Assembly: GCA_010093745.1 (NCBI GenBank)
Contig: MU005970.1
Span: 205,549-269,548, forward strand
Reading direction: 5' to 3'
Source of the DNA: Piedraia hortae CBS 480.64
Taxonomy: Eukaryota
Length of the DNA stretch: 64,000 nt
A program made the position numbers and the translations under genes. Below, piece by piece: positions 21,434 to 33,715 of the stretch. Below the pieces are notes generated by a model, which made no database searches, was not told where the DNA came from, and saw nothing but the letters and a program-made list of their open reading frames with translations. The first letter of the stretch is position 1. Every line of letters begins with the position of its first letter.

Positions 21434-22170
21434 CAATGCACCACCAACAACTTCAAACGATCGACCTGGGTACTTTATCTCAATGGCTTTGGCCAGATAC
21501 ACGCTGACGCTTGAAAGTAAGTATCCAAACGAATAGATCTTGGACTTTCATACCATGCTCCTGGGTTGTAGAGAAGAATTTGTCTTCGCCATGCACACTA
21601 CAAGAGACTATTACTTGCTTGCGGGGCTATATCCGTCTGAACTGTCACTGGACATATGACTCGAAGCAAGGCAGATCGGATAGAGACGGAGGGGTCCATA
21701 CCCCATGTTCATTTCAAATGTGAAAGTCAATAGGCTTGGTGACAGAATTAGCATATAAAACGAAAGCTGATCCGTTGATGCAAAGTCTGTAGAATGGAAC
21801 TAATCTAATTCAGCTCTGGTATCATAGCGCTTCATGGCGATGATCATTATAGATACTGATGACAATATCAAACCTTTGGGCCTGGGCTCATGATTCAAGA
21901 TTGCCCCAGGTGGGATTTTTGAGATGTACATGAGCATTGACTGCTGAGAGCAATGAAGGAATGTAGTGGATCATTCATGACTCATAGTCGACAACTTCTC
22001 GAGATACCCTCCAGACAAGAGGCAGAGCAATTTAAACGATGACACAAAGGCACACTGAGACAAAAACGCTCCAAACCGAAATTTCGAATTACACAATTGA
22101 TCTACATCCAGAGGTATCCTCAAAATCAGTCACGCAAAGCAAAACTTGCAAAGGAAAAAAAAACTTCCAC

Positions 22171-23212
22171 TTACTGCGAAGCCTGGCAAGCACTATCCCC
22201 CTTGGTCCAGCCAATAAACCTGTTCGCCACTTCAGACGAGTAACAGTTCGTCGCAGCACCAACGGTGGTAGTCGGATCCTCATTGGCGGGGATGCTTCCG
22301 GAGCTATAGGTCCCGGCTGCCTTGTAGAATCTGCTCGCATCCTGCGCGCCGGATTTCGTAATGGCGCCTTTGAGGGAATATGTCGTTGAGCAGGACGTGC
22401 CGATGACCTCGTTAGAGATCATGCCAAAGATTTGTTCCCGAGGGCAGGGGACAAGCGAGGTGCCGGGATTGCAGCTATGTGTTCCAGCGTGGTCTTGTAG
22501 AAGGCCGGGGTTGAAACGGAAGAGGTTGTTGTTGGCACGCGAACGTATCCGCCTGATTCTTGGACCACCAGGGCGAGGATGAAGCGGGCGTCGATGTCGG
22601 AAGAGGCGCATGTGGAGGGGATGGCTTCTTTCAGGCTGGCGATTTCTTCCGGGCTGTTGTTGGTGAGGTTAATGTTCGAGCAAGAGGTAGTGATCCGTGG
22701 GAGACTCATCGTCCATATGCGAACGATTCAATCCATTCGCTCTACGCGGGTCAGCCCTGCACCACGGTTCCGTTCCTGTATTATTCGGTGTTAGACTGGA
22801 AGGAGCCAAGGTAGGTCCGGCTGGTGGATGGGGAGGATGTAGATGCTGTGCAGAAGAACTCGAGGAAGGCTGGAGGGGTGATCATAGGGAAACCGTTAGA
22901 TGCTGAAGTCGGCACAGCTGAGGTAGGATAGGCAGATGGGCTCTGCATCTGAGGCTGATATGAGAAGAAAGTAGTCTGCACAAACGATGCAGATGGTGTC
23001 CCAACAGTGACAGTCTCTGTTGCGGTCGACACAGCTGCGACAGCGAGTAGGAGCTTGATCGTAAAGCTGTTGTGATATGCTCCAAACTGCGTTGTGCCCT
23101 TGCAAACGATGTCATCTCCCAAACAAAATTTGATACCATTATTGACAGGGAGGGCACTGACGGCCAATATAGAAAGACTGAGTGTAGTGATTGCTTGGTT
23201 GAGAAGACCCAT
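22171..23212 (-). pseudogene. Secreted lysozyme-like/lytic transglycosylase-fold protein, disabled
   Basis: Signal peptide, S/T linker, G*PA*SEW, IDARFILALVVQESGG, NPGLLQDHAG, CYSSEVANRFIGW; three in-frame stops and at least two frameshifts. Confidence 0.75.
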
Positions 23213-23539
23213 ATTTGTTGGAGGTAGGAGAACTGAACCAGTCAGTAACTTCGAAAGTTGTAACGAATGAATGTGTCGAAAGAGCTGAATTTACGTGAGG
23301 AATGTGGTGGAGACAAAGGATATATGCCCTTTACAACCATTGCATTTGCCTGAACAAGGATCCCCTTGCGCACCTGAATGTATTGATACAAAGAAGTAAT
23401 GCCACACTGCTGCCATCGTCTCATCGAGACGGGATAAAGGGGCGTTTGTCAGCTGAGTTATACTCGACATCTGCCGACTTTCTGTCGACGGATGGATTGG
23501 ACGCGAAAGAAAAACTGGTCATTTCTTGCCTACGTCAAG

Positions 23540-25264
23540 CTAATAACTCCTCCCGAATAGGACCCATTTTTCAGCATTCTTCTGACAACGAGGGTGGATA
23601 CATTTAGTCCCCTCCTTCAATGGCTCCGGCTGTTCATCTGGGATGCACAGGGATTTGGCACCCATGGACGGAGCACGAGGGTCAACCTTCTCACTCGGGT
23701 CAGCATTTTGCGCCGAGCTGTCCTTCTTGATCTCATCTTCACAGTCGCCACCCAGACAGTGGGGCACCAACAGAACATGCTTGGCGTTAAGCTCAGGAAC
23801 AAAGTGGTTCCAGTCCCGCACTACTTTGCGGTGAGATGCATAATCTTCTGATGCACGCTTGAACATGTCTGCTTGAATTTGCTCGAGAAGCAAAGGGACC
23901 TCTTTTGCGATATCTGCAACGGGAATTGTGCCCTTTCCTCCGTCAATGAGGGATTGATCGCGGCGGGAGAAGGTTACGACGCCCTTCTCGGCATCTTTGG
24001 GCCCGTATTCGAGTCTGAGCGGAACTCCTCTCAGCTCGTGCTCGGCAAATTTGAACCCAGGACTCTTGTCCTCGCGGTCATCGCACCGTACACGAACCCC
24101 AGCCTCTTTGAGAGTGCTGCAGAGACCGTCGACTTCATCATAAAGCTTTTTCCGACTCTCCTCGGTTGTCTTGGCTGTGATACCAACCGGGACGAGTATT
24201 ACCTGTACATTGGCCACGCGTGGCGGAAGGAACAAACCCTTATCATCGCCATGAATCATGGCCATAACACCGATACTTCGAGTGGTGAAGCCCCAGCTAT
24301 TCTGCCAAGCATAAAGTTTCTGCCTTCTTTCGCCCTCTTTAACCTGTTGGTCGGGGTCTTCATAAGCGATTTCAAACATTTTGGCAAAATGCTGACCAAG
24401 TCCGTGAGAAGTTGCACCTTGAATACCACGGCCGACTTCTGGGATGAAGCCTTCGACTGTTGTCGTGTATAAAGCTCCGGGAAATTGCTCATTAACCGTC
24501 TTACGTCCTTTAACCATGGGTACGGCCAGGAGTTCTTCGTAGATGGCAGCATAGATATCAAGAATCTGGCGCACTTCCTGGTCGGCCATTTCCTTACTTT
24601 GGTGGACCGTGTGCCCTTCTTGCCAAAGGAATTCCCGCGTCCTAAGAAAAGGAACGGCATGTTTGAACTCCCAACGAACCACAGGCGCCCATTGGTTGAA
24701 CCTTATCGGAAGATCACGATGAGAGCGAACCTTTTTACTGTAGTAATCCGAGATGGTAGTCTCGGAAGTTGGGCGGATGGCAACTGGCGGGTCTAGCTTG
24801 GTTTTGCCGCCTCGATCCACCCACGCAACCTCAGCGGCAAAGCCCTCTATATGGTCCTTTTCGCGCTGCAGATTGGCCTCGCTGATAAATAGCGGAAAAT
24901 ACACGTTTTCGACACCTAATTTCTCGATATGATCATTGAAGAAGCGTTGGATGCGCTCCCAGATGCCATACGACTTGGGCAAGTAGATGAAGCAGCCGGG
25001 AATATCCGTGTACTCTATCATTTCTCCCTTGATGAGCGACTGCTGATACCAATCCGAAAAGTCCTCAGATTTCTTACAAGTGATACCGATTAACTTGGGC
25101 TCGTCAGATTTTTGCTTCGATTCGGCCTTCTGCTTGGGATCAGCCTTTGGTTTGGACCCGGCTTGCGCCTGTCTATTGGCCTTCTTTGCTGCTTTGGTCT
25201 CCTTCTCAGCCTTTGTGTCCTTGGCCGCTTCCATGGCGCTCAGCTTCGCAGTAACCTCATCCAT
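23540..25264 (-). CDS. Cytoplasmic prolyl-tRNA synthetase (eukaryote/archaeal type)
   Basis: AIRPTSET, FLRTREFLWQEGHT, QGATSHGLGQ, WGFTTRSIG, C-terminal FGRSY. Confidence 0.96.
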   Translation of the reverse strand: MDEVTAKLSAMEAAKDTKAEKETKAAKKANRQAQAGSKPKADPKQKAESKQKSDEPKLIGITCKKSEDFSDWYQQSLIKGEMIEYTDIPGCFIYLPKSYGIWERIQRFFNDHIEKLGVENVYFPLFISEANLQREKDHIEGFAAEVAWVDRGGKTKLDPPVAIRPTSETTISDYYSKKVRSHRDLPIRFNQWAPVVRWEFKHAVPFLRTREFLWQEGHTVHQSKEMADQEVRQILDIYAAIYEELLAVPMVKGRKTVNEQFPGALYTTTVEGFIPEVGRGIQGATSHGLGQHFAKMFEIAYEDPDQQVKEGERRQKLYAWQNSWGFTTRSIGVMAMIHGDDKGLFLPPRVANVQVILVPVGITAKTTEESRKKLYDEVDGLCSTLKEAGVRVRCDDREDKSPGFKFAEHELRGVPLRLEYGPKDAEKGVVTFSRRDQSLIDGGKGTIPVADIAKEVPLLLEQIQADMFKRASEDYASHRKVVRDWNHFVPELNAKHVLLVPHCLGGDCEDEIKKDSSAQNADPSEKVDPRAPSMGAKSLCIPDEQPEPLKEGTKCIHPRCQKNAEKWVLFGRSY

Positions 25265-25458
25265 GGCGCAAGTGAGGTTGATTCGAAACGTGGGGCACTT
25301 AGCAGGGTCTACGGGTGTATCCGATCGGGCCGCTCCGATAATTTACGGGCCGTTGCAGAGCTTGGCAGGCACACTTTGCTGAGCAGACGTGAAACTTTCT
25401 CAGGGGTTTGAAAGCATGATAACCTTCACTTAAACTTGTTCATTGATATTACTCAAGT

Positions 25459-28056
25459 CTATGGTACGTACATCCTTGAAAAGGCAACGACGTTTGTGCG
25501 GCAGCAGACACACTTTGTGTGGTTCCGGGCTGCCAAGCCAATGCGACATTCGTCGCACAAGCTTAAGCAACCACAAGGCCATACCAAGGTTGTCCTCGGG
25601 GAGCATTGGCAGATGACACATGCTGGCCCGCTGTCCCCCATGCCTTCTCCACCTGTCTCCCATGTGCTGGTCTCTGGTTTCTTGGAACGTCTTTGGCCAA
25701 GTATAAACTTTTCCAATTCCTTTTCTTCATCCTCCTCGCTTAACACCGAGAGTCCAAGTGGGCCATGGAGTACCTGTGACTGGCTGCGTTCCGAGATGCG
25801 ACGGTACTGATCGCGAGTCATTGGATGAGGCGATTGAAACCGATACGAGAGTAATCTCGCCTCCTCGCGGTCCGCTGGATTTTGTGGGTCGAGCAAGCGG
25901 GCCAGAAAACTGAAGTCCAAACCAGGGGTTTTAACTAGAGTGCATTTTCTGCTTATGTCCCGTTGCGTCGGCGTTCGTCTTCCATCTTCCTCATCAGAAG
26001 TGTCTTCAGTCGTTGATAGTGACAGAACACTGGTCAAGTCTTCATCCACCACAGGAGGCTGGTAGTCACAGCTGTGGTCCACGTTACCGAACCAACCACC
26101 ACGACTCCACCACTGGTAAATGACATAGTCAAGCTCTTCTTCTTGATAAGGACCCATCCGTCCCAACCTTTCGCTCAAGAACACAGTGATATCAGCATCT
26201 TCATCATGATAGACAGAAATCCCACGCCCGGCCGATCTGAACGCTCGACGTCCATCCTTAACGTCAATGAAACGTGCGGGGGATTGACGAGGGGCAGCAG
26301 CTCTGAGCAGCCAACCAGGCTTATTCCTAATTCCCAGTAATCCCAAAACAGCAACCAAAAAACGCGCTTGTAATGTAACATATACACCAAGAACGCCAGA
26401 CCAGTAGGTACGAGTCAGACGATATCGTTGAGCAAAACCTGGGCTAGAATTTCCATCTCGAAGACGAGGGTCATCTCCCGTTTCAGTCTTTCGCTCTATG
26501 GCGTACGGAGATTTGCTGTTAGCACTGTCCTGATGATCAACGAAGCCAATGTCCCCAAAGGTGCCATTACCAAGGAGTCCTTGTGGCATTGGGATTGCTT
26601 GCCCACGTCGTTCAATGCTCTCCGCCAGGCTGTCCATGCGCTTCTGCTCGAGCCATGTTCGCAAACCAACCTGGATTTGACAACCCTCGTTCAAGTATAC
26701 GGCTGTGCTGGCCGCGGTGAGGACGGCGAATCCGACCTTTGACACGGCAGAGTAGAAATCTTCGGACAGATTGACTCTGAAGGAAGGAGCCGAGGTAAAG
26801 TGCAGATTAGCTAGAGAGTTGCGGTACGCCCATCTGAGCTTTTGGTGAAATGTCAAGTCTGTAGCAACATCTTCGGGCAAGGAGAGAGCCGTAATGAATA
26901 TGGCAGCCCCGTAAACAGCGCAACAAAACAGTATGCCTAGGAACATGAACGTGCATGGCATGAATATCACAACACAAAGGATAGGAATGCGAAACATCAT
27001 CCTGTCCATTGAGTCGGTAAGAACGAGTTTCTTGCAGAAGATGATGGCAGCCATGTAGCAACATGCCCATATCCCCGTGTTGATAAGGCGGACTTTGTGT
27101 CGGATATTCACGGCACCAAGTATGGCACTGCTGAGGTGGTTAAAGCAGGTTATAAGGCAGATCAGCAGGACTTCAGGCGGAATGTTTAAGCGCTGCATGA
27201 TTTCGAATGTCGGCGATGCAAATTCACCGTCTACGGCGTCATGGCCAGAAGAGAAAAGTGATGGCCCCAAAAAGCCAAGCCCCACAGAGTTTGTAATCAT
27301 GGTTTGACATTCGGAAAACACCAGCGACAGCTCAAAGATGCTCATCGCAGTTTCTCTCTTCCGACGTCTTCCCTGAAGCGCGCAGACCATGGCCTCCAGG
27401 AATTGGGCGAAACATAGCGAAACGAACAATGGGTAGAGGGCCGAAAGCGAGCCACGAAGATCTCTTTTGCCGCTGACCGACGAAAGGGACATGTGGCGGG
27501 CATTACAGCAATCGCCATCCGTTTTCCAAAACAAGAGCGAAGAGCTTAGATTGTATAAGAAGCCGCCTTCGGCGGAAAAGTCAAGGGTCAGCTTCTTCAG
27601 TGGATCGTCGTACCGCATGAGAGGATAGTCTGGCGATGTTTGGCATTTCAGGGCTTCTAGAATGCGAAGAAGCTGTGCAGTAAATAACAGGATGGGTATC
27701 AGATAAACGGCCAAGCGTACGTGCCGTTTAAGTCGTAGCGAACGCCTTGGAGACGAGAAGAACTGGGCTCGACTTAGCAAAGCAGCAAAGATAAAGGTCA
27801 ACAACCCCCAGCGATTTGTCACGTAGTCAAACATGATCCTGGTATTCTTGAAGTAATTGAGGCACCGAAGTACGATGCCTAAGATGGATAATGTGGCTTG
27901 TCTTGGATTTTGCGAGACGGCTTGGGGGACTGTTGTACTTGCTGCTATCGTAGCGTCAGAAATGAGCGATGCAGACTTACTAGCCACAGTCGATTGAACC
28001 TCAGTTGTGGAAAGTGGGCCCCCTTGACCGGTGGCCGCACCTGCAAATTCGAACAT
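25459..28056 (-). CDS. ASI3: Multi-pass membrane RING E3 ligase, Asi1/Asi3-like (start uncertain, 28056 or 28137)
   Basis: Several TM helices; C-terminal CVICQ..RTTLVWPCGCLSLCDECR..CVCCR. Confidence 0.8.
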   Translation of the reverse strand: MFEFAGAATGQGGPLSTTEVQSTVASKSASLISDATIAASTTVPQAVSQNPRQATLSILGIVLRCLNYFKNTRIMFDYVTNRWGLLTFIFAALLSRAQFFSSPRRSLRLKRHVRLAVYLIPILLFTAQLLRILEALKCQTSPDYPLMRYDDPLKKLTLDFSAEGGFLYNLSSSLLFWKTDGDCCNARHMSLSSVSGKRDLRGSLSALYPLFVSLCFAQFLEAMVCALQGRRRKRETAMSIFELSLVFSECQTMITNSVGLGFLGPSLFSSGHDAVDGEFASPTFEIMQRLNIPPEVLLICLITCFNHLSSAILGAVNIRHKVRLINTGIWACCYMAAIIFCKKLVLTDSMDRMMFRIPILCVVIFMPCTFMFLGILFCCAVYGAAIFITALSLPEDVATDLTFHQKLRWAYRNSLANLHFTSAPSFRVNLSEDFYSAVSKVGFAVLTAASTAVYLNEGCQIQVGLRTWLEQKRMDSLAESIERRGQAIPMPQGLLGNGTFGDIGFVDHQDSANSKSPYAIERKTETGDDPRLRDGNSSPGFAQRYRLTRTYWSGVLGVYVTLQARFLVAVLGLLGIRNKPGWLLRAAAPRQSPARFIDVKDGRRAFRSAGRGISVYHDEDADITVFLSERLGRMGPYQEEELDYVIYQWWSRGGWFGNVDHSCDYQPPVVDEDLTSVLSLSTTEDTSDEEDGRRTPTQRDISRKCTLVKTPGLDFSFLARLLDPQNPADREEARLLSYRFQSPHPMTRDQYRRISERSQSQVLHGPLGLSVLSEEDEEKELEKFILGQRRSKKPETSTWETGGEGMGDSGPACVICQCSPRTTLVWPCGCLSLCDECRIGLAARNHTKCVCCRTNVVAFSRMYVP

Positions 28057-28445
28057 GGCTGCAGATAAGCGGGAGGCGAATTGTCGTGCTTGTTTGAATT
28101 CTCCCACAACGCACATTCGACAGGAAGATACGGCCATGGTGTCACGTGTCACTTTGGATATAAACACAGGAGAGCTGGGCTTGGCGGAGGCTAACCGTGG
28201 TGCGCACTGCAAAACTAGCTACATTGCGTCAATAGACCAATAAATTCATTGACAAGGCGGTGATGTTGTTGCCTCGCGTTTGACGCTTTCCCTTTTGCGG
28301 CAGGTGGCGTCGGTCAAAAGCCGAGTGACGTGTCCCTTTTCCATCTCCCATCACTACCTCCCAAACTCCCTATCACGCTCTTGACTGATCCAGGGTCGTC
28401 TGGTTCGGTCCATCCCGTGCTCTAACTCTCGCCTACCGTCGTTTT

Positions 28446-31400
28446 ATGCAACCAGAGCCTTCCACTGCTTCACCTAACAGTAACACGCATCTTCAGCAGC
28501 CGAACAATCATCCCACCCAATATGGACTCCATTCTCATACACTTTCCGTCCCAGACGGCCATCCAGGGCCCGGAAATTATCCGAGGTTGGAACCGCATGA
28601 CCCGTCGCCAGCTGCGGCTTCTCAGCACGCGTCTGAATCCGCGGCCGAATCGACTGACGGGTTGAGTGCGCCGTCTTCGCAAAATGATTGCAACGTCGAA
28701 CATGGAAAGGAGTCATTCTTAGTAAAAAATACCGCCATGCCTGAACGGTTACTTGTTCAGAGCAAGGGTTACTCGCCTATCATGGAGGTGCCAAATGGTT
28801 CGCTGTTATTGATTCAGTTTATACCCCAAGTTGCTAACTGTGAGTAGAAATTCTCACCCACGCGATGGCATACCTGAGCCCCGCCGACCTCTCTGCCCTG
28901 GCAGGCGTTTGTAAGCGGTTCTATGGTTTGGTGAAGGAACCCCATGCTTGGCGAACGGCCTTTTCGCATTTCTTCCCGTGCAACGGGTCGATGCAAACTA
29001 AGCCGGCTGGTAAAGATAATTTGGTGGCAACCAACCAACCAAGCCACCGCGCTTTCACTCGATTGACTGCGCTGGCCTCTTGGCGAAGCGAATACATCGT
29101 GAGAACTCGTCTGTTGCGGTCTTTGGCTCGCGGAAAGCCAGCTCAGCCAGCTTCCTCAAGTGGTCCGGTTCGTGGAAGCCAGAGCCATGTAGCTGTGCCT
29201 TTTGTCACCTATAATTCGCAACTGATGACGACAGTCAATCACTTGGATGCAAATTTCAGCGCAGGCTTGGACAAGCGTACACGCTTCATCCATGGCGCCG
29301 ATGACGTGGGGTGTGCAACCAGCAGCGATCCAAAGGCCGGCAAGTCTGACCGATGGGGTTTGGTAGATCCGCAGGTGTTTTCTCAATTTGCTGGCCGATT
29401 CCCGGGCCATTCCCTGTATGGCCTAGGCTCAGGTACCGTTGCGGGCGTGCCTAATGTCATGGATGTCAGTCAGCCATTTGGCATGGTTTACGGGGAAGGG
29501 TTCCCAGGCGGCAAAGTATACTATCGCTCTACTGAGGAGATGCGCGGCCGCTTCCTCCCCCAATCGTCTGCCATGTCTGATCCAGATATGGGCATTCCAC
29601 GACTTGCCTCAAATATCGAAAGCATTACCAGTGTGTGGATCGCAAAGTCTCCAGCCATCGTTTCTCTCACCGATGGGCTTGTTGGGCTCTTATCGGGCAC
29701 ATCTCTCGGAGTCTTGACAGCGTACAGTTTGGGATCTACGCAGGCATCTTCCGGCCGTGAGCAGCGGCTTGGTCGTGGGGAGATGACGGCACGCTGGGTC
29801 CTCTCTCCCGGAGTGCCTATCATTGGCATCACGGTAGATCCAGAATACACTTACCAGCGATATGGTCAAAATCGTATTTGGGCCGTTGTGCTCAATGCTC
29901 TTGGGGAAGTGTTTTACCTCACTAAATTCCCAAAGCGGCCTTGTATCGAACCAGGGACCAGGATGAACGACCAGACGGTCGAACGTACTGCCTGGCTGGC
30001 TGGGCGCACTGTACATTGGACCTTGATCGACGCCAGTAAACGTGAGGCTGCACCAGACCCTTATGGTGAGCATTGGAATGGGAGAAACTCCTTGCCTCGA
30101 TCGTCGTGGAATGGACAATATCTCGACCAAGCCCAAATCAGGGCTGAGACTCACGAGATTGAGGCACTTGCTGAGTGCAAACCTGTGGACATGCGCAAGT
30201 TGTATCTGGGCTGGGACATGCGCAGACATCTTGAAGTGGACTTCGCCGCAGACGATGGAAACTATGCCGGCGAAGGCGTCTTTGTTATTGGATGTGGCCT
30301 TGACGAGGATTCAAGGGCGAGCGTTAAACGTTACTCGCGATGCAGGCGTGACAGCAAAATCTGGTCACCGCCATTGGCCGCTGTGGGTGACTCTGGTTCC
30401 GAAACAGAGACAGCCAAGGCAGCTGACATGACAGCATCATACAAAGGAGTAAGCGACTATGATACGAAAGACGCTACTGATGCGGATGCAATTGATGCGA
30501 TAGCAGAGAAATGGCTCGTCTCGACCTTCACCTTTGGTCGCATCAAGAACGTCCAGATCTCGGCAGTCGCTACGGACAATTCCAGCTTTGCCGTCATGAC
30601 CTTGTCTGAAGATCCTCTACTCGGGTCATCCAGCCGATCGGACACTTCTTCTCCGCTGCTTTCTCCTGTATCTACTGAGGGCATTGACAAGGTCAACGAT
30701 GTGCCAGGACGTCGTGCACGCTTGATTGCAGTTGGTACTAAAAATGGCAGTATCATTGTTTGGAATGCGCGGGCAGCAGGGCCTAAGCTGTCTGGTCAGG
30801 TGGCAAGGATCGAGCCTGTCCGAGTTATCTTTACAGACTCGCCCGAAATCTCCAGTCTTGCCATGTCATCACTTTTTTTGATTCACGGCGGCAATGATGG
30901 TCTGGTTCAAGCGTGGGATCCACTGGCATCAACCAAGCAACCTATTCGAACCCTGCACTCTGTCTTCTCGGCGCGAGCTCGTCGTAGGCTTCTGCAGGCA
31001 CAAGCATCACCAGAAGGTGTTGGTATCAATCTGTTCGCAGCGGGAGCCATCTGTTTGGATCCAGATCCCACAGTCCTTCGTGGTGTGGTTTCTCTTGGCG
31101 TCAACATGTTCTACTGGCACTACAGTTCATCTGCTGCAGACCAGTACAAGTCACACAAACGACGTTTGAGACGAACGGAACGGGGCAACAACGGTGCAGA
31201 TCACATTGTTGGGGGCATTCGCAACAACCTCAAGGACCAGATTGCTATGGAGAAGAAAGAACTTGAGGAAGAAAACAAGGAACTCGAGAAGGAGGCAAAG
31301 CGTTTCGCCAGCCGATTTGGCACCAATCTGATGAATGGTAGCGAAGAGGAGATGCTGGCGTATGCGGCTATGCTTAGCAGAGAGTCTCTCGAACATGATG

Positions 31401-31663
31401 AAAAGCGTCGAACGTCGGATACGGCGGCGACGTCTGCCAGCAGCGATACAACATCGCCGCGCTCTGTGCCCAAAACGAATGAAGAAATGGAAGCAGATAT
31501 TGCAGAGGCCATTCGTCTGAGTCTGCAGTCGTCTCCGCCAGACATTACAATCAGACAGGCGAAGTCAAAGGGCAAGAAGACGTCCAGGCGAAGCTCGGCC
31601 CGCGAACAAAATGACGTAGAGCTTGCTGTGCAGATGAGCTTGGCGGAGTTGGGCAAAGGCTGA
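28446..31663 (+). CDS. F-box/WD-like protein with C-terminal ubiquitin-interacting motifs (Pof10/Ufo1-like)
   Basis: Intron about 28798-28847 joins the F-box IMEVPN|EILTHAMAYL; UIM-like EEEMLAYAAMLS, DIAEAIRLSL, DVELAVQMSL. Confidence 0.82.
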
Positions 31664-31928
31664 ACAGCACGGAACACAAGGAGCAGCTGACTGCACAAGA
31701 ATGGGTTAGGAACAGACTGTACTATATAAGAATGGAAACTGAGCAACTTTATCCAGACTGTAGTGGCATCCCCGTATGATTGAAGGAACAATTGTCGTTG
31801 TGGGGGCGGAAACGGTCCGCCCCTCGTTTGAAATGCAGACGTCGACAAAGACGCATGTGAAGACTGCTGGCACCGCACATCATCCCCCACCACTAACAGC
31901 TGCCAAATAACTGCATAGAGTGCCCCTA

Positions 31929-33036
31929 ATGTCTGAGGCAGCGGCTCTGAAACAGCCCATTATGGGCGATACGGCCATGGAAGATGCGACCAAGGTCGAA
32001 CATACGCTTGGCGGTGCCTACGACCCGCCCCCGATCCCGACGCTGGACAGGTGGATCGAAGGGCTAATGCAATGTAAGCAGCTGAGCGAAGAGGAAGTAA
32101 GACGTCTGTGTGAGAAGGCGCGCGAGATTCTGCAAGACGAGAGCAACGTGCAGCCGGTCAAGTGTCCGGTGACGGTGTGCGGTGACATCCACGGGCAATT
32201 CCACGATCTGATGGAGCTGTTTAAGATTGGCGGGCCCAACCCAGATACAAATTACCTATTCATGGGCGACTATGTCGACCGTGGTTACTTTAGTGTCGAG
32301 ACGGTGACGCTGTTGGTCGCCCTCAAGATCCGTTACCCTAGCCGCATCACCATCCTTCGCGGCAACCACGAAAGTCGGCAGATCACGCAGGTCTACGGCT
32401 TCTATGACGAGTGTTTGCGTAAATATGGCAACGCCAACGTTTGGAAGTTCTTTACCGACCTCTTCGATTTTCTACCGCTGACGGCGCTGATTGACAATCA
32501 GATCTTCTGCCTACACGGCGGCCTGAGCCCCAGCATCGATACGTTGGACAACATTCGCCAGCTCAATCGGGTGCAAGAGGTGCCGCATGAGGGCCCAATG
32601 TGTGACCTGTTGTGGAGTGACCCCGATGACCGGTGCGGCTGGGGCATAAGCCCACGAGGCGCCGGCTACACCTTTGGCCAAGACATCAGCGAGGCCTTTA
32701 ACCACAATAATGGCCTGACGCTTGTTGCCAGAGCTCATCAATTAGTAATGGAGGGCTATAACTGGAGTCAGGACCGCAACGTGGTTACCATTTTCTCTGG
32801 TAAGTTGTTGCTGTTCTGCGGGTCAATCTTCCTGACAATTCTAGCACCCAATTATTGCTACCGTTGTGGCAATCAAGCGGCCATTATGGAAATTGATGAG
32901 CACCTCAAATACACCTTGTACGTGCCTCCCTTCCGCATCCGCTCGTTGCTGACAAATGCCTAGTTTACAATTCGACCCTTGCCCGCGAGCGGGGGAGCCA
33001 ATGGTGTCTCGAAGGACGCCGGACTACTTCTTGTAG
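31929..33036 (+). CDS. PPH21: Protein phosphatase 2A catalytic subunit (3 exons)
   Basis: [28 protein letters not shown]-terminal TPDYFL after two introns. Confidence 0.96.
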
Positions 33037-33089
33037 AGCCAGTACGACGGAAAGTTGATATGATACAGGCAGCCTACCATGACATTGTT

Positions 33090-33527
33090 TTACGTGCGGT
33101 GTATCTGCAGCCTCTTGTTAGCATGAGCGAGTTTGGGCTGGTAGAGTTCTTGTACCGCAGCAGCAAAGCCCATCCATTCTTCTACTGCCTTGACGTGGCT
33201 ATCCTCTTTGGAAGGGAGCGCGTCGTGGGCCCAGACCACGAATTCACCGAATGTACCCTTGATTTCCATCTTCTTGATGTCCTCTTCCCCACAATCAGGA
33301 GCAGCCTGGTCAGTCTTTTCCAGTACCGCTCCCTCGTAGCCCTCTGGCAGCTTCACCGATTGCCCACGCAGCTGTCTTCCCCGGAAATAAACCGTTTTGT
33401 CACCGTCTGTGCCAGTGCACGGTGACCAGAGTCGCTCTGGAACTTGAATTGGTCCATCATGCTTTATCGAGCAAGGTAGCAGGTTGACTTTCTGCTCGGG
33501 GGCTTGCGAGGACGACAGCGACCACAT
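33090..33527 (-). CDS. RNH203: Ribonuclease H2 subunit C
   Basis: NLLPCSIKHDGP, YFRGRQLRG, LPEGYEG, VWAHD, EWMGFAAA|IH; 3' intron. Confidence 0.85.
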   Translation of the reverse strand: MWSLSSSQAPEQKVNLLPCSIKHDGPIQVPERLWSPCTGTDGDKTVYFRGRQLRGQSVKLPEGYEGAVLEKTDQAAPDCGEEDIKKMEIKGTFGEFVVWAHDALPSKEDSHVKAVEEWMGFAAAVQELYQPKLAHANKRLQIHRT

Positions 33528-33715
33528 GGTATCAACGTGAAGACGACAGGCTTAATATAGGGGCCAATCTAAGCTTCTTTAGCGCGTGATCTTTAATAAC
33601 CTTAATTTCACCGCACCAGAAGCTGCATAATCTCGGCGAAGTCTGATAGATGGCGTAGACGTCCGAGACACGGTTGGGTCTCTTTCGCGTCGACCATCTC
33701 GTCCCAGAAGGAAAG

